Shown here: positions 9,216-18,800 of the stretch, in pieces | Layout of the letters: each line of letters opens with the position of its first letter | How positions within the stretch are numbered: the stretch's first letter is position 1 | Source of the DNA: Actinomycetota bacterium | Lineage (GTDB): Bacteria; Actinomycetota; UBA4738; HRBIN12 | Length of the DNA stretch: 64,000 bases | NCBI GenBank assembly: GCA_041287635.1 | Contig: JBGGNG010000057.1 | Coordinates: 54,062-118,061, forward strand | Direction of reading: 5' to 3' | Translations under genes and position numbers: made by a program | Notes under the pieces: model-generated | What the model saw: the letters and a program-made list of their open reading frames with translations, nothing else | Told to the model about the DNA's origin: nothing | Databases searched by the model: none

Positions 9216-10400
9216 CTACGAGGCGGTGTCGGCCGTCGCGGTGGCTCCCGCCGCCCAGCGGTCTCGGGGCAGGATGTGGTCGTCGATCACGCGCCCGCGG
9301 TGCCGCTCGATCTCGGCGAAGACCGACTCGATCAACGTCTCGGAGAGCAGGTGCGGCTTGAGTCCGAGGTCGAGCAACTTCGTGTGGGTCGGGTTGTAGT
9401 AGTGCTCCTCGAGCTCGAAGCGGGGGTTGACGATCGGCTCGACGGCGACGTCGATGCCGACCTCCGCTCCCGCCTTCTGCACGAGCTGGGCGAGTTCCAG
9501 GATCGAGAACGACTCGGTGAACTGGTTGAACACCCGCATCTCGCCACGCTCGGCCGGGTGCTCCACCGCGAGCTCGACGCACTGCAGCGTGTCGACGATG
9601 TTCAGGTAGCCGCGGGTCTGTCCCCCCTTGCCGTAGACGGTGAGGGGGTGGCCGATCACCGCCTGCAGGCAGAAGCGGTTCAGCGCGGTGCCGAACACGT
9701 CGTCGTAGTCGAACCGGGTCATCAAACGGTCGTCCAAGCGCGTCTCGTCGGTATGGATCCCGTACACGACGCCTTGGTTCAGGTCGGTGGCCCGCAGGCC
9801 CCACACCCGGCAGGCGAAGTGGATGTTGTGCGAGTCGTGCACCTTCGAGAGGTGGTACATCGAGCCGGGCACCTTCGGGAACGGAAGGTAGTCCTCCCGG
9901 CCGTTGTGGCGGATCTCGATGAACCCTTCCTCGATGTCGATGTTCGGGGTGCCGTACTCGCCCATCGTGCCGAGCTTCACGAGGTGGGCGTCCGGGGTGA
10001 GATCGCGCATCGCGTAGATCACGTTCAACGTGTTCACGACGTTGTTCGTCTGCGTGAACACCGCGTGCTCGCGATCCTTCATCGAGTACGGGGCGCTCGG
10101 CATCTCGCCGTAGTGGACGATGGCCTCGGGCCGGAAGTCGCGGAACAAGCCCTCGGTGACGCTCCAGTCGGTCAGGTCGCCCTCGGTCACGCCGATCTCG
10201 TTGCCGGTGACGTCCTTCCACGCGGCCACACGCCCGGGCAGGTCCGCTGTGATGGGCGTGAGGGAATCGGATCCGGCCTCCTGATGAGCGGTGCGCCGCA
10301 GGTAGTTGTCGACCACGTGCACCTCGTGGCCGCGGCTCGAGAACCGCATCGCGGTCGGCCATCCGAGGTAGCCGTCACCGCCCAGGATCAGGATGCGCAT
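9216..10400 (-). CDS. sqdB: UDP-sulfoquinovose synthase (SQD1/SqdB/Agl3 family, extended SDR)
   Basis: 394 aa; N-terminus MRILILGGDGYLGWPTAMRF... carries the SQD1-type GGDGYxGWP Rossmann motif; full-length collinearity with cyanobacterial SqdB as I recall it (blocks RFDYD, LNRF, PLTVYGKGGQTRG, HFxxQxTES). Confidence 0.8.
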   Translation of the reverse strand: MRILILGGDGYLGWPTAMRFSSRGHEVHVVDNYLRRTAHQEAGSDSLTPITADLPGRVAAWKDVTGNEIGVTEGDLTDWSVTEGLFRDFRPEAIVHYGEMPSAPYSMKDREHAVFTQTNNVVNTLNVIYAMRDLTPDAHLVKLGTMGEYGTPNIDIEEGFIEIRHNGREDYLPFPKVPGSMYHLSKVHDSHNIHFACRVWGLRATDLNQGVVYGIHTDETRLDDRLMTRFDYDDVFGTALNRFCLQAVIGHPLTVYGKGGQTRGYLNIVDTLQCVELAVEHPAERGEMRVFNQFTESFSILELAQLVQKAGAEVGIDVAVEPIVNPRFELEEHYYNPTHTKLLDLGLKPHLLSETLIESVFAEIERHRGRVIDDHILPRDRWAAGATATADTAS

Positions 10401-10538
10401 GTCGTTCCTTTCGAAGGGGAGTCACGCCGGAAGTCGGCCCGATCGTACCAACAGGGCGGGCCTCGAGCCTTCGCGCGCACCCGGCCCGGCACGGGATCGC
10501 CGCAGGTCAGCCGGGCCGCGGGGCACCCCCACGCGCCC

Positions 10539-11792
10539 TCAGGCGAGCTCGGCGAGCGCTCCGAGCACGCGATCGACCTCGTCCGCGGAGTGGTAGTGGC
10601 AGAACCCGATGCGCACCGCCCCGCCCGTGTCGAGCAGGCCGAGCCGGTCGAAGAGCTCGATCGCGTAGTAGTGCCCGTCCCAGACGTAGATGCCGCGGTC
10701 GGCGAGCGCCTTCGCCGTCTCCCGCGGATGACGGTCCCCGATGCGCACGGCGAACGTCGGGGTTCGGTCGTCGAGCCGGTCGAGATCGCCGATGCCGAAC
10801 AGACGCACCCCGTCGATCGCGCCGATCCCTTCGAGGAAGCGCTGCGCGAGCGCACGCTCGTGCGCCCCGACCGCATCGAACGCCGTGACGACCGCGGCGC
10901 GACGGGAAGCGTCGACAGGTCGGCCGTACGTCGTGCCGATGCCGGCCAGGTAGTCGACCGCGGCGGCGAAGCCGGCCATGGCCTCGTGGTTCTGCGTGCC
11001 GGTCTCCCAGCGCTCGGGCGACGGGTAGTGCTCGGCCGGGCGCACGCGGTAGGGGTCCCATCCGTCGAGTACCGCCGGCGTCGCGGCGACCATGCCCAGA
11101 TGCGGCCCGAAGACCTTGTACGGCGAGACGGTCACGATGTCGGCCCCGAGGAGCCCCAGATCGATCGAGCGGTGCTGGGCGACGTGCACGCCGTCGACGG
11201 CGACGATCGCCCCCGCCGCCTTGGCGCGGGCGACGAGGGCGGCGGCCGGGGTCACGGTGCCGACCGCGTTCGAGGCGAGCGTGAACGCCACGAGCGCGGG
11301 TCCGCGCTCCAGCGCCTCGTCGAACGCGTCGATGTCGAGGGTCGCGTCATCGGGCCGAACGTCGACCCAGCGCACGGTCGCACCCGCATCGCGTGTGGCC
11401 AGCACCCATGGGCGCACGTTCGCGTCGTGATCGAGCCTGGTGACGACGACCTCGTCGCCGGGACCGATCGTCCGGGCGAACGACCGCGACAGGTGGAACA
11501 GCAGCGACGTCGAGTTCGCCCCGAACACGATCTGCCGGGGGTCGGCGCCGACGAGATCGGCGCCGGCGCGCCGAGCAGCGGTCACCGTCGCCTCGAGGTC
11601 CTCGCTCGCGGCGAACACCCCGTCCATGTTCGAGATACCGCCTCGGTAGTGACCCTCGACCGCGTCGATCACGGTGTCGGGCACCTGGGATCCGCCCGGC
11701 GCGTCGGCGAAGACCACGTGGCGGCCGTCTTGGGTCCGCGCGAGGGCAGGGAAGCGCGATCGGAGCGCGGAGAGGTCGGGCGAAAGCGTCAT
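10539..11792 (-). CDS. class-V PLP-dependent enzyme, SufS/CsdA-like but lacking the persulfide-forming cysteine
   Basis: 417 aa; PLP-lysine block SPYKVFGPHLGMV, RWETGTQN and C-terminal RIGFCHYHSADEVDRV align to SufS/CsdA; the SufS GHHCA position reads GHYYA; RBS GAAGG upstream. Confidence 0.75.
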   Translation of the reverse strand: MTLSPDLSALRSRFPALARTQDGRHVVFADAPGGSQVPDTVIDAVEGHYRGGISNMDGVFAASEDLEATVTAARRAGADLVGADPRQIVFGANSTSLLFHLSRSFARTIGPGDEVVVTRLDHDANVRPWVLATRDAGATVRWVDVRPDDATLDIDAFDEALERGPALVAFTLASNAVGTVTPAAALVARAKAAGAIVAVDGVHVAQHRSIDLGLLGADIVTVSPYKVFGPHLGMVAATPAVLDGWDPYRVRPAEHYPSPERWETGTQNHEAMAGFAAAVDYLAGIGTTYGRPVDASRRAAVVTAFDAVGAHERALAQRFLEGIGAIDGVRLFGIGDLDRLDDRTPTFAVRIGDRHPRETAKALADRGIYVWDGHYYAIELFDRLGLLDTGGAVRIGFCHYHSADEVDRVLGALAELA

Positions 11793-11901
11793 TGCGCGTT
11801 ACCTTCGCCGGTCGAGGCGCCGCCGACAACCGGTGGGCGGCGGTCCGGACACGCCGAGGGCGCCCACGCGGGGCGCCCTCGGTCGGTGCTGGCGGAAGGT
11901 G

Positions 11902-12768
11902 TCAGACGGAGCGGTTCAGCTCGACTCGCAACCCGTCGGCGGTGAGCGATTCCGTCCTGGCCCGCAGGTCCAGGTACAGCAAGACGCTGATCAGCGCCGA
12001 GAACGGCGCGACGATGATCTGCGCCACGGAGCTGAAGATCCACGACACGAACCAGTTGTCATTGATCGCGGTGCCGATGGCGCCGATGATGCCCGCCACG
12101 ACCGCGGTGATGATGAAGGTCAGCACGATCAACCCGAACGCGTGCCAGAAGTGGCCCTTGACCAGGTTCCACGAGCGCCCCATCGCGTCGGTGCCGCGGC
12201 GGTTCTCGACGACGAGCGCCGGGATCGCGACGGCGAACATCACCGCGAGGAAGATGCCCGGGAGCACGAAGAGGAGGAGGCCGCCCAACACGGCGAGACC
12301 CACGAGGATCGAGATCAGCAGCACGCTGCCGAACCGCGCGAAGCCCCACTTGTACGACGCGTCGATGTCGACGGCGTCGCCGATGCTGCCCTGGGCGGCG
12401 CCCCGCATGATCGCGGCCTGCAGCACCGCGGAGATGATCACGCCGATCACGGCGGCGATCGCCCCGACGAGCAGGGCCGCTCCGGCCGACTGCGTCGTCA
12501 CCTCGATCTCCTGCCCGAAGACCACCTCCGTGGTGGTCTCGGGGGCGAACACGACCCCCCCGAGGAAGGCACTGATGAACGTGAGCGGCACCACGACGAT
12601 CGCGACGATCATCAGCAGGCTCGCGGCGTTCGCCTTGTAGATCTCGAACGCCGTGCTCAGGATCTCCCCGATCCCACGCGGCGGGAGGCCGGGCCCTCCT
12701 GCGCCTCCCTCGCCACCGGGCGGTGGCGGAGGCGGGGGCGGGGTGGTGAAACCACCCGAATCGTCCAT
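11902..12768 (-). CDS. membrane protein with proline-rich N-terminus
   Basis: 288 aa; PPPPPPPPGGEGG N-terminal stretch then ~6 hydrophobic helices; same strand as neighbours. Confidence 0.55.
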   Translation of the reverse strand: MDDSGGFTTPPPPPPPPGGEGGAGGPGLPPRGIGEILSTAFEIYKANAASLLMIVAIVVVPLTFISAFLGGVVFAPETTTEVVFGQEIEVTTQSAGAALLVGAIAAVIGVIISAVLQAAIMRGAAQGSIGDAVDIDASYKWGFARFGSVLLISILVGLAVLGGLLLFVLPGIFLAVMFAVAIPALVVENRRGTDAMGRSWNLVKGHFWHAFGLIVLTFIITAVVAGIIGAIGTAINDNWFVSWIFSSVAQIIVAPFSALISVLLYLDLRARTESLTADGLRVELNRSV

Positions 12769-12848
12769 GATGGATCCCCCTTCTCGACTGAACGGTCGGC
12801 GGCATCCTACGCCCCCCTCCGTCGGGGTGTGGGATGCGGACGTTCACC

Positions 12849-13289
12849 TCAGATGACGTCGTCCGGCAGATCCAGGGGTTCCCACGAGGGATCGGGGCGC
12901 CACGACGGCCAGTCGAGGTCGAACGGGGGTTCGTGCAAGACGATGTGCTCGATCGCGCGTTCCCCCGCCCACCGCACCCCGTGGGCGTCGGCGCGGGTGA
13001 GCAGTCCCCGCTCGACCGCCTCGGCGAGCTCGTGCTCGTCCTTCCATTCGTAGGTGTCGCGTGCGGGCGGGATGCGCACGTCGAGGAACCAGTCGGTGTA
13101 GTCGAACGTGTCGCCGTGTCGACGCAGGGGCGACTGGATGTTCACGTAGTACCCCTCGAACGCCCAGTCGGCGCTCCAGGAGAGCAGGACGGCGTAGGCG
13201 GTCTCGGGGAACGAGAACGACAGGACGGGTCGGTCGCGGACCTTCTGCTCGAGCTCCCACGGTTCCTCCAGGAACCGGACCTCGCCCAT
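12849..13289 (-). CDS. DUF402 (FomD/YgaC-like) protein; true start uncertain
   Basis: C-terminal part of ORF 12849..13811 has the DUF402 hallmark (FEGYYVNIQSP...DYTDWFLDV...WKDEHEL); the only in-frame ATG is at 13289 but homology-like sequence (TVVTLRELWQGRP...) continues upstream to ~13475 with no canonical start, so a non-canonical start or frame error is possible. Confidence 0.45.
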   Translation of the reverse strand: MGEVRFLEEPWELEQKVRDRPVLSFSFPETAYAVLLSWSADWAFEGYYVNIQSPLRRHGDTFDYTDWFLDVRIPPARDTYEWKDEHELAEAVERGLLTRADAHGVRWAGERAIEHIVLHEPPFDLDWPSWRPDPSWEPLDLPDDVI

Positions 13290-13471
13290 GTGACGAGGGT
13301 CGTTCAGCCACCGAGATCCGGGCGCGAGGTAGAAGGACCGGTGGTGATGAGGAAGGTCGTCGACGATGCGGACGGGCCGCAGGGAGGTGGGCCGCCCCTG
13401 CCAGAGCTCCCGGAGCGTGACGACGGTGCCGGGCGAGAGGGGTTCCGCCTCGGGGGCGGTGCCGTCACCGA

Positions 13472-14743
13472 TCAGTCGAGCCGCTCGGCCAGGGCCGTGA
13501 GGATCCGCTCCGCCGCCCAGTCCAGGTCCTCCTCGGTCACGCACAGCGGGGGAGCGAGTCGCACGGTGGTCTCGTGCGTGTCCTTGGCCAACACGCCCAT
13601 GTCGAGCAGGCGCTCGCACGTCTCGCGAGCGGGTGATCCGTCGGGGACCAGCTCGATGCCGACCCAGAGCCCCTTGCCCCGCACCTCCGAGACGACGCCG
13701 GCCGGGGCTCCGGCCCGGAGGCGCTCGATCAGCCGGGCGCCCAGCGTGGCCGCGCGCTCCTGGTACTCGCCGGTGCTCAGCAGACGCAGCACCTCGAGGC
13801 CGATCGCGCATGCGAGCGGGTTCCCCCCGAACGTCGAGCCGTGCTCACCCGGGCGGAAGACCCCGAGCACGTCTCGGTTCGACACGACGGCCGAGATCGG
13901 CACGATGCCGCCACCGAGCGCCTTGCCCAGCACGTAGACGTCCGGACGCACGTCTTCGTGTTCGCACGCGAAGGTGCGTCCGGTGCGACCGAGGCCCGAC
14001 TGCACCTCGTCGGCGATCAACAACACCCGATGCTCGTGGCAGAGCTCGCGGGCGCGCCGCAGGTACCCCTCGGGAGGCACGATGACGCCCGCCTCGCCCT
14101 GGATGGGCTCGACGAGGAAGCCGACGACCTCGGGGTCGGCGAGCGCGATCTCGAGCGCTTCGGCGTCGCCGTAGGCAACGGTCTCGAACCCGGGCGTGAA
14201 CGGCCCGAATCCGCCCTTGGCGCTTGGGTCGGTCGAGAAGCTCACGATCGTGATCGTGCGGCCGTGGAAGTTGCCCGTGCAGGTGACGATCTTGGCGCGA
14301 TCCTCCGGCACGCCCTTCACGTCGTATCCCCACCGTCGTGCGGTCTTCACCGCGGTCTCGACGGCCTCCGCCCCGGAGTTCATGGGCAGGACCATCTCCA
14401 TCTCACAGAGCTCGGCCAGACCCTGGCAGAAGGGCCCCATCTTGTCGTTGTGGAACGCCCGGCTGGTCAGGGTCACCCTGTCGAGCTGGGCGTGCGCGGC
14501 CGCGATGAGATCGGGGTGGCGATGACCGAAGTTGAGGGCCGAGTAGGCCGCCAGCATGTCGAGGTATCGCTTGCCTTCGACGTCGGTGACCCACGCACCG
14601 TCGGCCTCGGCGACGACGAGCGGCAGGGGATGGTAGTTGTGGGCGGAGTAGTGCTCGACGAGCTCGATCTGCTCCTCGGTCGACGTCAGCGGAGCGAAGG
14701 AGCTGAGTTCATTCGGGTCCGCGACGGTCGTCATGGCCAGCAT
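13472..14743 (-). CDS. rocD: ornithine aminotransferase (class-III aminotransferase)
   Basis: 423 aa, near-collinear with Bacillus RocD as recalled (HNYHPLP, LTSRAFHND, FHGRT, ADEVQSGLGRTG, GKALGGG, GSTFGGNPLA). Confidence 0.85.
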   Translation of the reverse strand: MLAMTTVADPNELSSFAPLTSTEEQIELVEHYSAHNYHPLPLVVAEADGAWVTDVEGKRYLDMLAAYSALNFGHRHPDLIAAAHAQLDRVTLTSRAFHNDKMGPFCQGLAELCEMEMVLPMNSGAEAVETAVKTARRWGYDVKGVPEDRAKIVTCTGNFHGRTITIVSFSTDPSAKGGFGPFTPGFETVAYGDAEALEIALADPEVVGFLVEPIQGEAGVIVPPEGYLRRARELCHEHRVLLIADEVQSGLGRTGRTFACEHEDVRPDVYVLGKALGGGIVPISAVVSNRDVLGVFRPGEHGSTFGGNPLACAIGLEVLRLLSTGEYQERAATLGARLIERLRAGAPAGVVSEVRGKGLWVGIELVPDGSPARETCERLLDMGVLAKDTHETTVRLAPPLCVTEEDLDWAAERILTALAERLD

Positions 14744-14775
14744 GATACGGGCCGCCCGCCGTTCCGGACCGCGTC

Positions 14776-14831
14776 TTGACGGATGTCGCAGGCTGGGCGT
14801 ACATTCATCCTCCGCTCGAACACATGTTCGA
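14776..14831 (+). promoter_or_regulatory. sigma-A-like promoter (TTGACG-18-TACATT) immediately followed by a perfect actinobacterial LexA/SOS box TCGAACACATGTTCGA
   Basis: TTGACG at 14776-14781, TACATT at 14800-14805, 16-bp palindrome TCGAAC-ACAT-GTTCGA at 14816-14831; lies in the divergent region between rocD and the dnaE2 cassette. Confidence 0.6.
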
Positions 14832-14872
14832 TAGAGCTACGCGGTTCACCCGGTGTCTGTGAGGCCCGTCAC

Positions 14873-15118
14873 GTGACGAAACGATTCGACGAGGAGATCA
14901 GTGTCGAACGTGACACCGGCATGCCGAGCGCGTTCGAGTGGCGGGGCAACCGCTACGAGGTCGCCGACGTGATCGGGCGGTGGAAGATCGAGGGCCGGTG
15001 GTGGTCCGACGGCCGCGATCGCGAGTACTGGCGGGTCGAGGCACGCGGCGGCGCGGTCTGGGACCTCTACTTCGACCGGGCCAGGGACCGCTGGCACATG
15101 GAGCGCCTGTGGGACTAG
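14873..15118 (+). CDS. small conserved hypothetical protein (81 aa) heading the SOS-box-fronted cassette
   Basis: GTG at 14873 with GAGG 8 nt upstream; VTKRFDEEISVERDTGMPSAFEWRGNRYEV...GRWWSDGRDREYWRVEARGGAVWDLYFD has a Trp/Arg-rich globular look; the ORF-track N-terminal extension overlaps the SOS box and is unlikely to be translated. Confidence 0.45.
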   Translation: MTKRFDEEISVERDTGMPSAFEWRGNRYEVADVIGRWKIEGRWWSDGRDREYWRVEARGGAVWDLYFDRARDRWHMERLWD

Positions 15119-15142
15119 CGCTCAAGAAGGTAGCGTGGCGAG

Positions 15143-15823
15143 GTGCGCGTCATCCCCTTCCTGGTCTCCGAACTGCGGCTGCCCGATGCGGAGCGGGAGC
15201 TCCTGGGGGTCGAGTGGTGGCCGTCGTACGGGCACGCGGTCGAGCATCCCGAAGGGATCTTCCTGTTCGACAACGGGGCCGGCTACGGCAACGCCGAGAT
15301 CGACGCGACGTTCTCGCCACGAGTCCGCCCGGTCGAGTATGCCCTCGGCGAGGCCGGCATCTCGCTCGCCGACGTGACGGGAGCGGCCAACTGCCACCTG
15401 CACTTCGATCATTGCGGGCAGAACACGCGGCTGCGAGGCATCCCGATCTTCGTACAGCGCACCGAGTGGGCCATGGTGTGCGAACCCGATTACACGGTGC
15501 CCGAGTGGATCGACGTGCCGGGGCTCACGTACGAGCTCCTCGACGGCGAAGCCGAGGTCGCATCCGGCATCCGGCTTGTCCCGACGCCGGGACACACCGC
15601 AGGACACCAGTCGGTGGTCATCGACGCGCCGGGGGGTGCGATCGTGCTCGCCGGCCAGGCGGTGCAGTCTCGCGAGGAGTGGCAGGGAGCCGAGGGTCCC
15701 GACGCATCGGGCCGATCGAGCGCGCCAGACCCCGACGCGTATGCACGATCGGTCGATCGCTTGCGGCTGCTCGACCCGGTCCGCGTGCACTTCGCGCACG
15801 ACCCCTCGATCTGGCAGCGCTGA
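15143..15823 (+). CDS. metallo-beta-lactamase-fold hydrolase
   Basis: 226 aa with HLHFDHCG (HxHxDH) and a downstream His (PGHTAGH). Confidence 0.7.
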   Translation: MRVIPFLVSELRLPDAERELLGVEWWPSYGHAVEHPEGIFLFDNGAGYGNAEIDATFSPRVRPVEYALGEAGISLADVTGAANCHLHFDHCGQNTRLRGIPIFVQRTEWAMVCEPDYTVPEWIDVPGLTYELLDGEAEVASGIRLVPTPGHTAGHQSVVIDAPGGAIVLAGQAVQSREEWQGAEGPDASGRSSAPDPDAYARSVDRLRLLDPVRVHFAHDPSIWQR

Positions 15824-15895
15824 GTGACGTCTCCTCGCTAGGGCACCGACTCGAAGCCTTCCCGGCGGAAGTCGGGATCGAACACGAGTGACGAC

Positions 15896-18800
15896 ATGAC
15901 GGCTCCGTTCGTGCACCTCGACGTTCGGTCGTGCTTCTCCCTGAAGGAAGGTGCGTTCACCACCGAGCAGCTCGCGGCGCGCGCGGCAGCGAACGACATA
16001 CCGGCCGTGGCCATGACCGATCGCGACGGGCTCTACGGCGCCGCGCGGTTCGTGCGGGCGTGCGAGGCCGAGGGCGTGCGGCCGATCCTGGGTGCGTCGA
16101 TCACCGTGCGCGCGAGTGCACCCCCACCGGGTGACGCGCACGTGGTGCTCCTCGCGACCGACGACACGGGGTACGCGAACCTCTGCCGGCTGCTCACCGA
16201 CGCGCACATGCTCGGCGAGCGCGGCGACCCCTGGGTCGACCCGATGCAGATCTGCGCGCACGCAGCGGGGCTCGTCGCGATCGCCGGACCTCGGTCGCAA
16301 CCGGGGCGAGCGGCCGCCCAGGGCCGCGTCGACCACGCCACACGGATGCTCGACCCGTTCCGCGAGGCGTTCGGGCGTGAGCGGCTCTTCGTCGGCGTCG
16401 AGCAGCGGCTCGAACGCGGATCGAACGACGAGACCCGCGCGATGCTGCGCCTCGCCGAGCGGGCCGGCGTCGGCGCCGTCGCGACGAACCCGGTGCGCTA
16501 CCTCGAGCCCGGCGACGCGTTCGTGGCCGACGTGCTCGAGTGCATGCGGCGACTCGTGCCGCTCGCCGAGACGAACGTCACCCGGCGCAACGCCGAGGGC
16601 TGGCTGAAGCCCGCCGCCGAGATGCGCGCGCTCTTCGTCGAGCGCCCCGACCTGTGTGACGCGACGCTCGAGGTCGCCGACATGTGCCGGTTCGACCTGG
16701 GGCTCGGGCGCATCCACTTCCCCGATTTCCCGACGCCGCAGCGCCGCAGCGCCGATGCTGTGCTCGCCGAACGGTGCTGGCGGGGGGTGCACGAACGCGA
16801 GATGCGTGAGGACGAGCGTCTGCGCGACCGGCTGCACCACGAGCTCTCGATGATCCGGCGCATGGGATTCGCGGCGTACTTCCTCACCGTGGCCGACATC
16901 GTCGCCGACGTGAAGGCGATGGGCATCAGGGCCGCGTGCCGGGGGTCGGCCGCCGGATCGCTCGTGTGCTACCTGACGGGCATCTCCGACGTCGACGCGC
17001 TCCGCCACGACCTGTCGTTCGAGCGGTTCATGAATCCGATGCGCAAGGACCTTCCCGACATCGACATCGATGTCGAGTCAGCGAGGCGTGAGGACGTCTA
17101 CGACATGATCCTCGGCCGCCACGGGGAAGAGCGCGCAGGCTGCGTCGCGATGATCGACACGTACCGCGCGCGCTCGGCGATCCGCGAGGTCGGCAAGGCG
17201 CTCGGGCTGCCCGATACCGAGGTCGGTGTCGTCGCGAAGTCGTTCCCGCACATCTCGGCGCGACACCTGCGCGAGGCGATCGAGCGCCTGCCCGAACTGG
17301 CGGACATCAACCTCCGCTTCGAGCAGATGCAACGCCTGATCGGCGTCGCCGAGAGGATCGGCGGCTTCCCGCGACATATCGCGCTGCATCCCTGCGGTAT
17401 CGTGCTCGCGAGCCACGACCTGGTCGAACGCGTACCGCTGGAGCGCAGCGCGAACGGCCATCGCATGATCCAGGCCGACAAGGACGACGTCGAGCTGCTC
17501 GGCTACCTGAAGCTCGACATCCTCGGCGTGCGCATGCTGAGCTCGATGCGACACGCGCTCGACGAGATCGCGCGCACGACGGGGGAGAAGGTCGACCTCG
17601 ACCGCATCGCGCTCGACGACCCCGCCACGTTCGAGCTCGTTCGCGCGTCCGATACGCTCGGGTGCTTCCAGATCGAGTCGCCGGGCCAGCGTGAATTGCT
17701 GCAGAAGCTCCAGCCCGACCGCTGGGAGGACCTGATCGTCGACATCTCGCTGTTCCGGCCCGGGCCGGTGAAGTCCGACATGATCACGCCCTACCTGCGA
17801 CGTCGCTCGGCGTTCGAGCGTCCGACGTATATCCACCCCGGGCTGCGCGGGCCCCTGCAGGAGACGTACGGGGTGATCGTCTTCCACGAGCAGGTGATCA
17901 GGGCGCTCGCCGCGCTCGCCGGCTACACCGAGACCTACGCCGACCACATCCGGCGACATCTCGATCGCGACGACCTGCTGCCGGGCTTCGAGGCCGACTT
18001 CATCGAGCGCGCGGTCGCCCGTGGCGTCGATCGCGATGCGGCCGCCGAGGTCTGGCATGCGGTGACGCAGTTCGCGAGCTTCGGCTTCTGCAAGGCGCAC
18101 GCGGCAGCGTTCGCGGTGCCGACCTACCAGAGCGCGTGGCTGAAGGCGCACCATCCGGCTCACATGTATGCCGGCCTGCTGACCCACGACCCAGGCATGT
18201 ACCCGCGTCGCACGATCCTCGACGACGCCCGCCGTCACGACATCCCGATCCTGGCGCTCGACGTGAACCGCAGCGAGCCGGAGTACGTGGTCGAGGAGGT
18301 CGAAGGACGATGGGGCATCAGGCTCGGGTTCCAGGATGTGCACGGCATCAGCGGCGCCGAGATCCGCTCGATCCTGATGGCGCGCGCCGACCGAGCGTTC
18401 CGCGACGTGGGCGACTTCATGCGGCGCACCACCGTGAGCCGTCCGGTGACCGAGGCGCTGGCGCATGCCGGCGCGTTCGACGCGCTCGAGCCGGCTCGCC
18501 GTCGCCACCTCTACGTGGCGATGACCACCGAGGCCGAGCGCGAGGGTGATCAGCTCACGCTCACGATGGGCGCCGATCCGGCCGAGGGGCACCGGTTCAC
18601 TGACTACTCCGACGCCGAGGTGGTGCGCGCCGAGCTCGAGGTGCTCGGACTCGACGCCACACGGCACATCGTGAGCTTCTACGAGCCGCTCCTCTGCGAC
18701 CTCGGGGTCACGCGCTCGAGGGATCTTCGCTCCGCGCGCGGCGGCTCGAAGGTGATCGTCGCGGGCGTGAAGGTCGCCTCGCAGACCCCGGCGATCCGCA

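Noticed and set aside
8124-11945. 1273-aa plus-strand ORF and many other very long ORFs (e.g. 2556..4838 +, 5372..7114 -, 15122..17008 -, 17078..19102 -, 28649..30343 -, 30421..31986 -, 38037..39749 -, 45457..47547 +, 47611..49428 +, 53 kb region ORFs on the minus strand)
   Set aside because: They lie antisense or out-of-frame to genes with clear homology; their translations are low-complexity Arg/Pro/Gly-rich strings typical of stop-codon-poor alternative frames in 70% GC DNA.
15868-15884. TCGAACACGAGTGACG just upstream of the dnaE2 ATG as a possible second LexA box
   Set aside because: Only the left half-site matches (right half GTGACG vs GTTCGA, 2/6); likely chance or at most a degenerate remnant.
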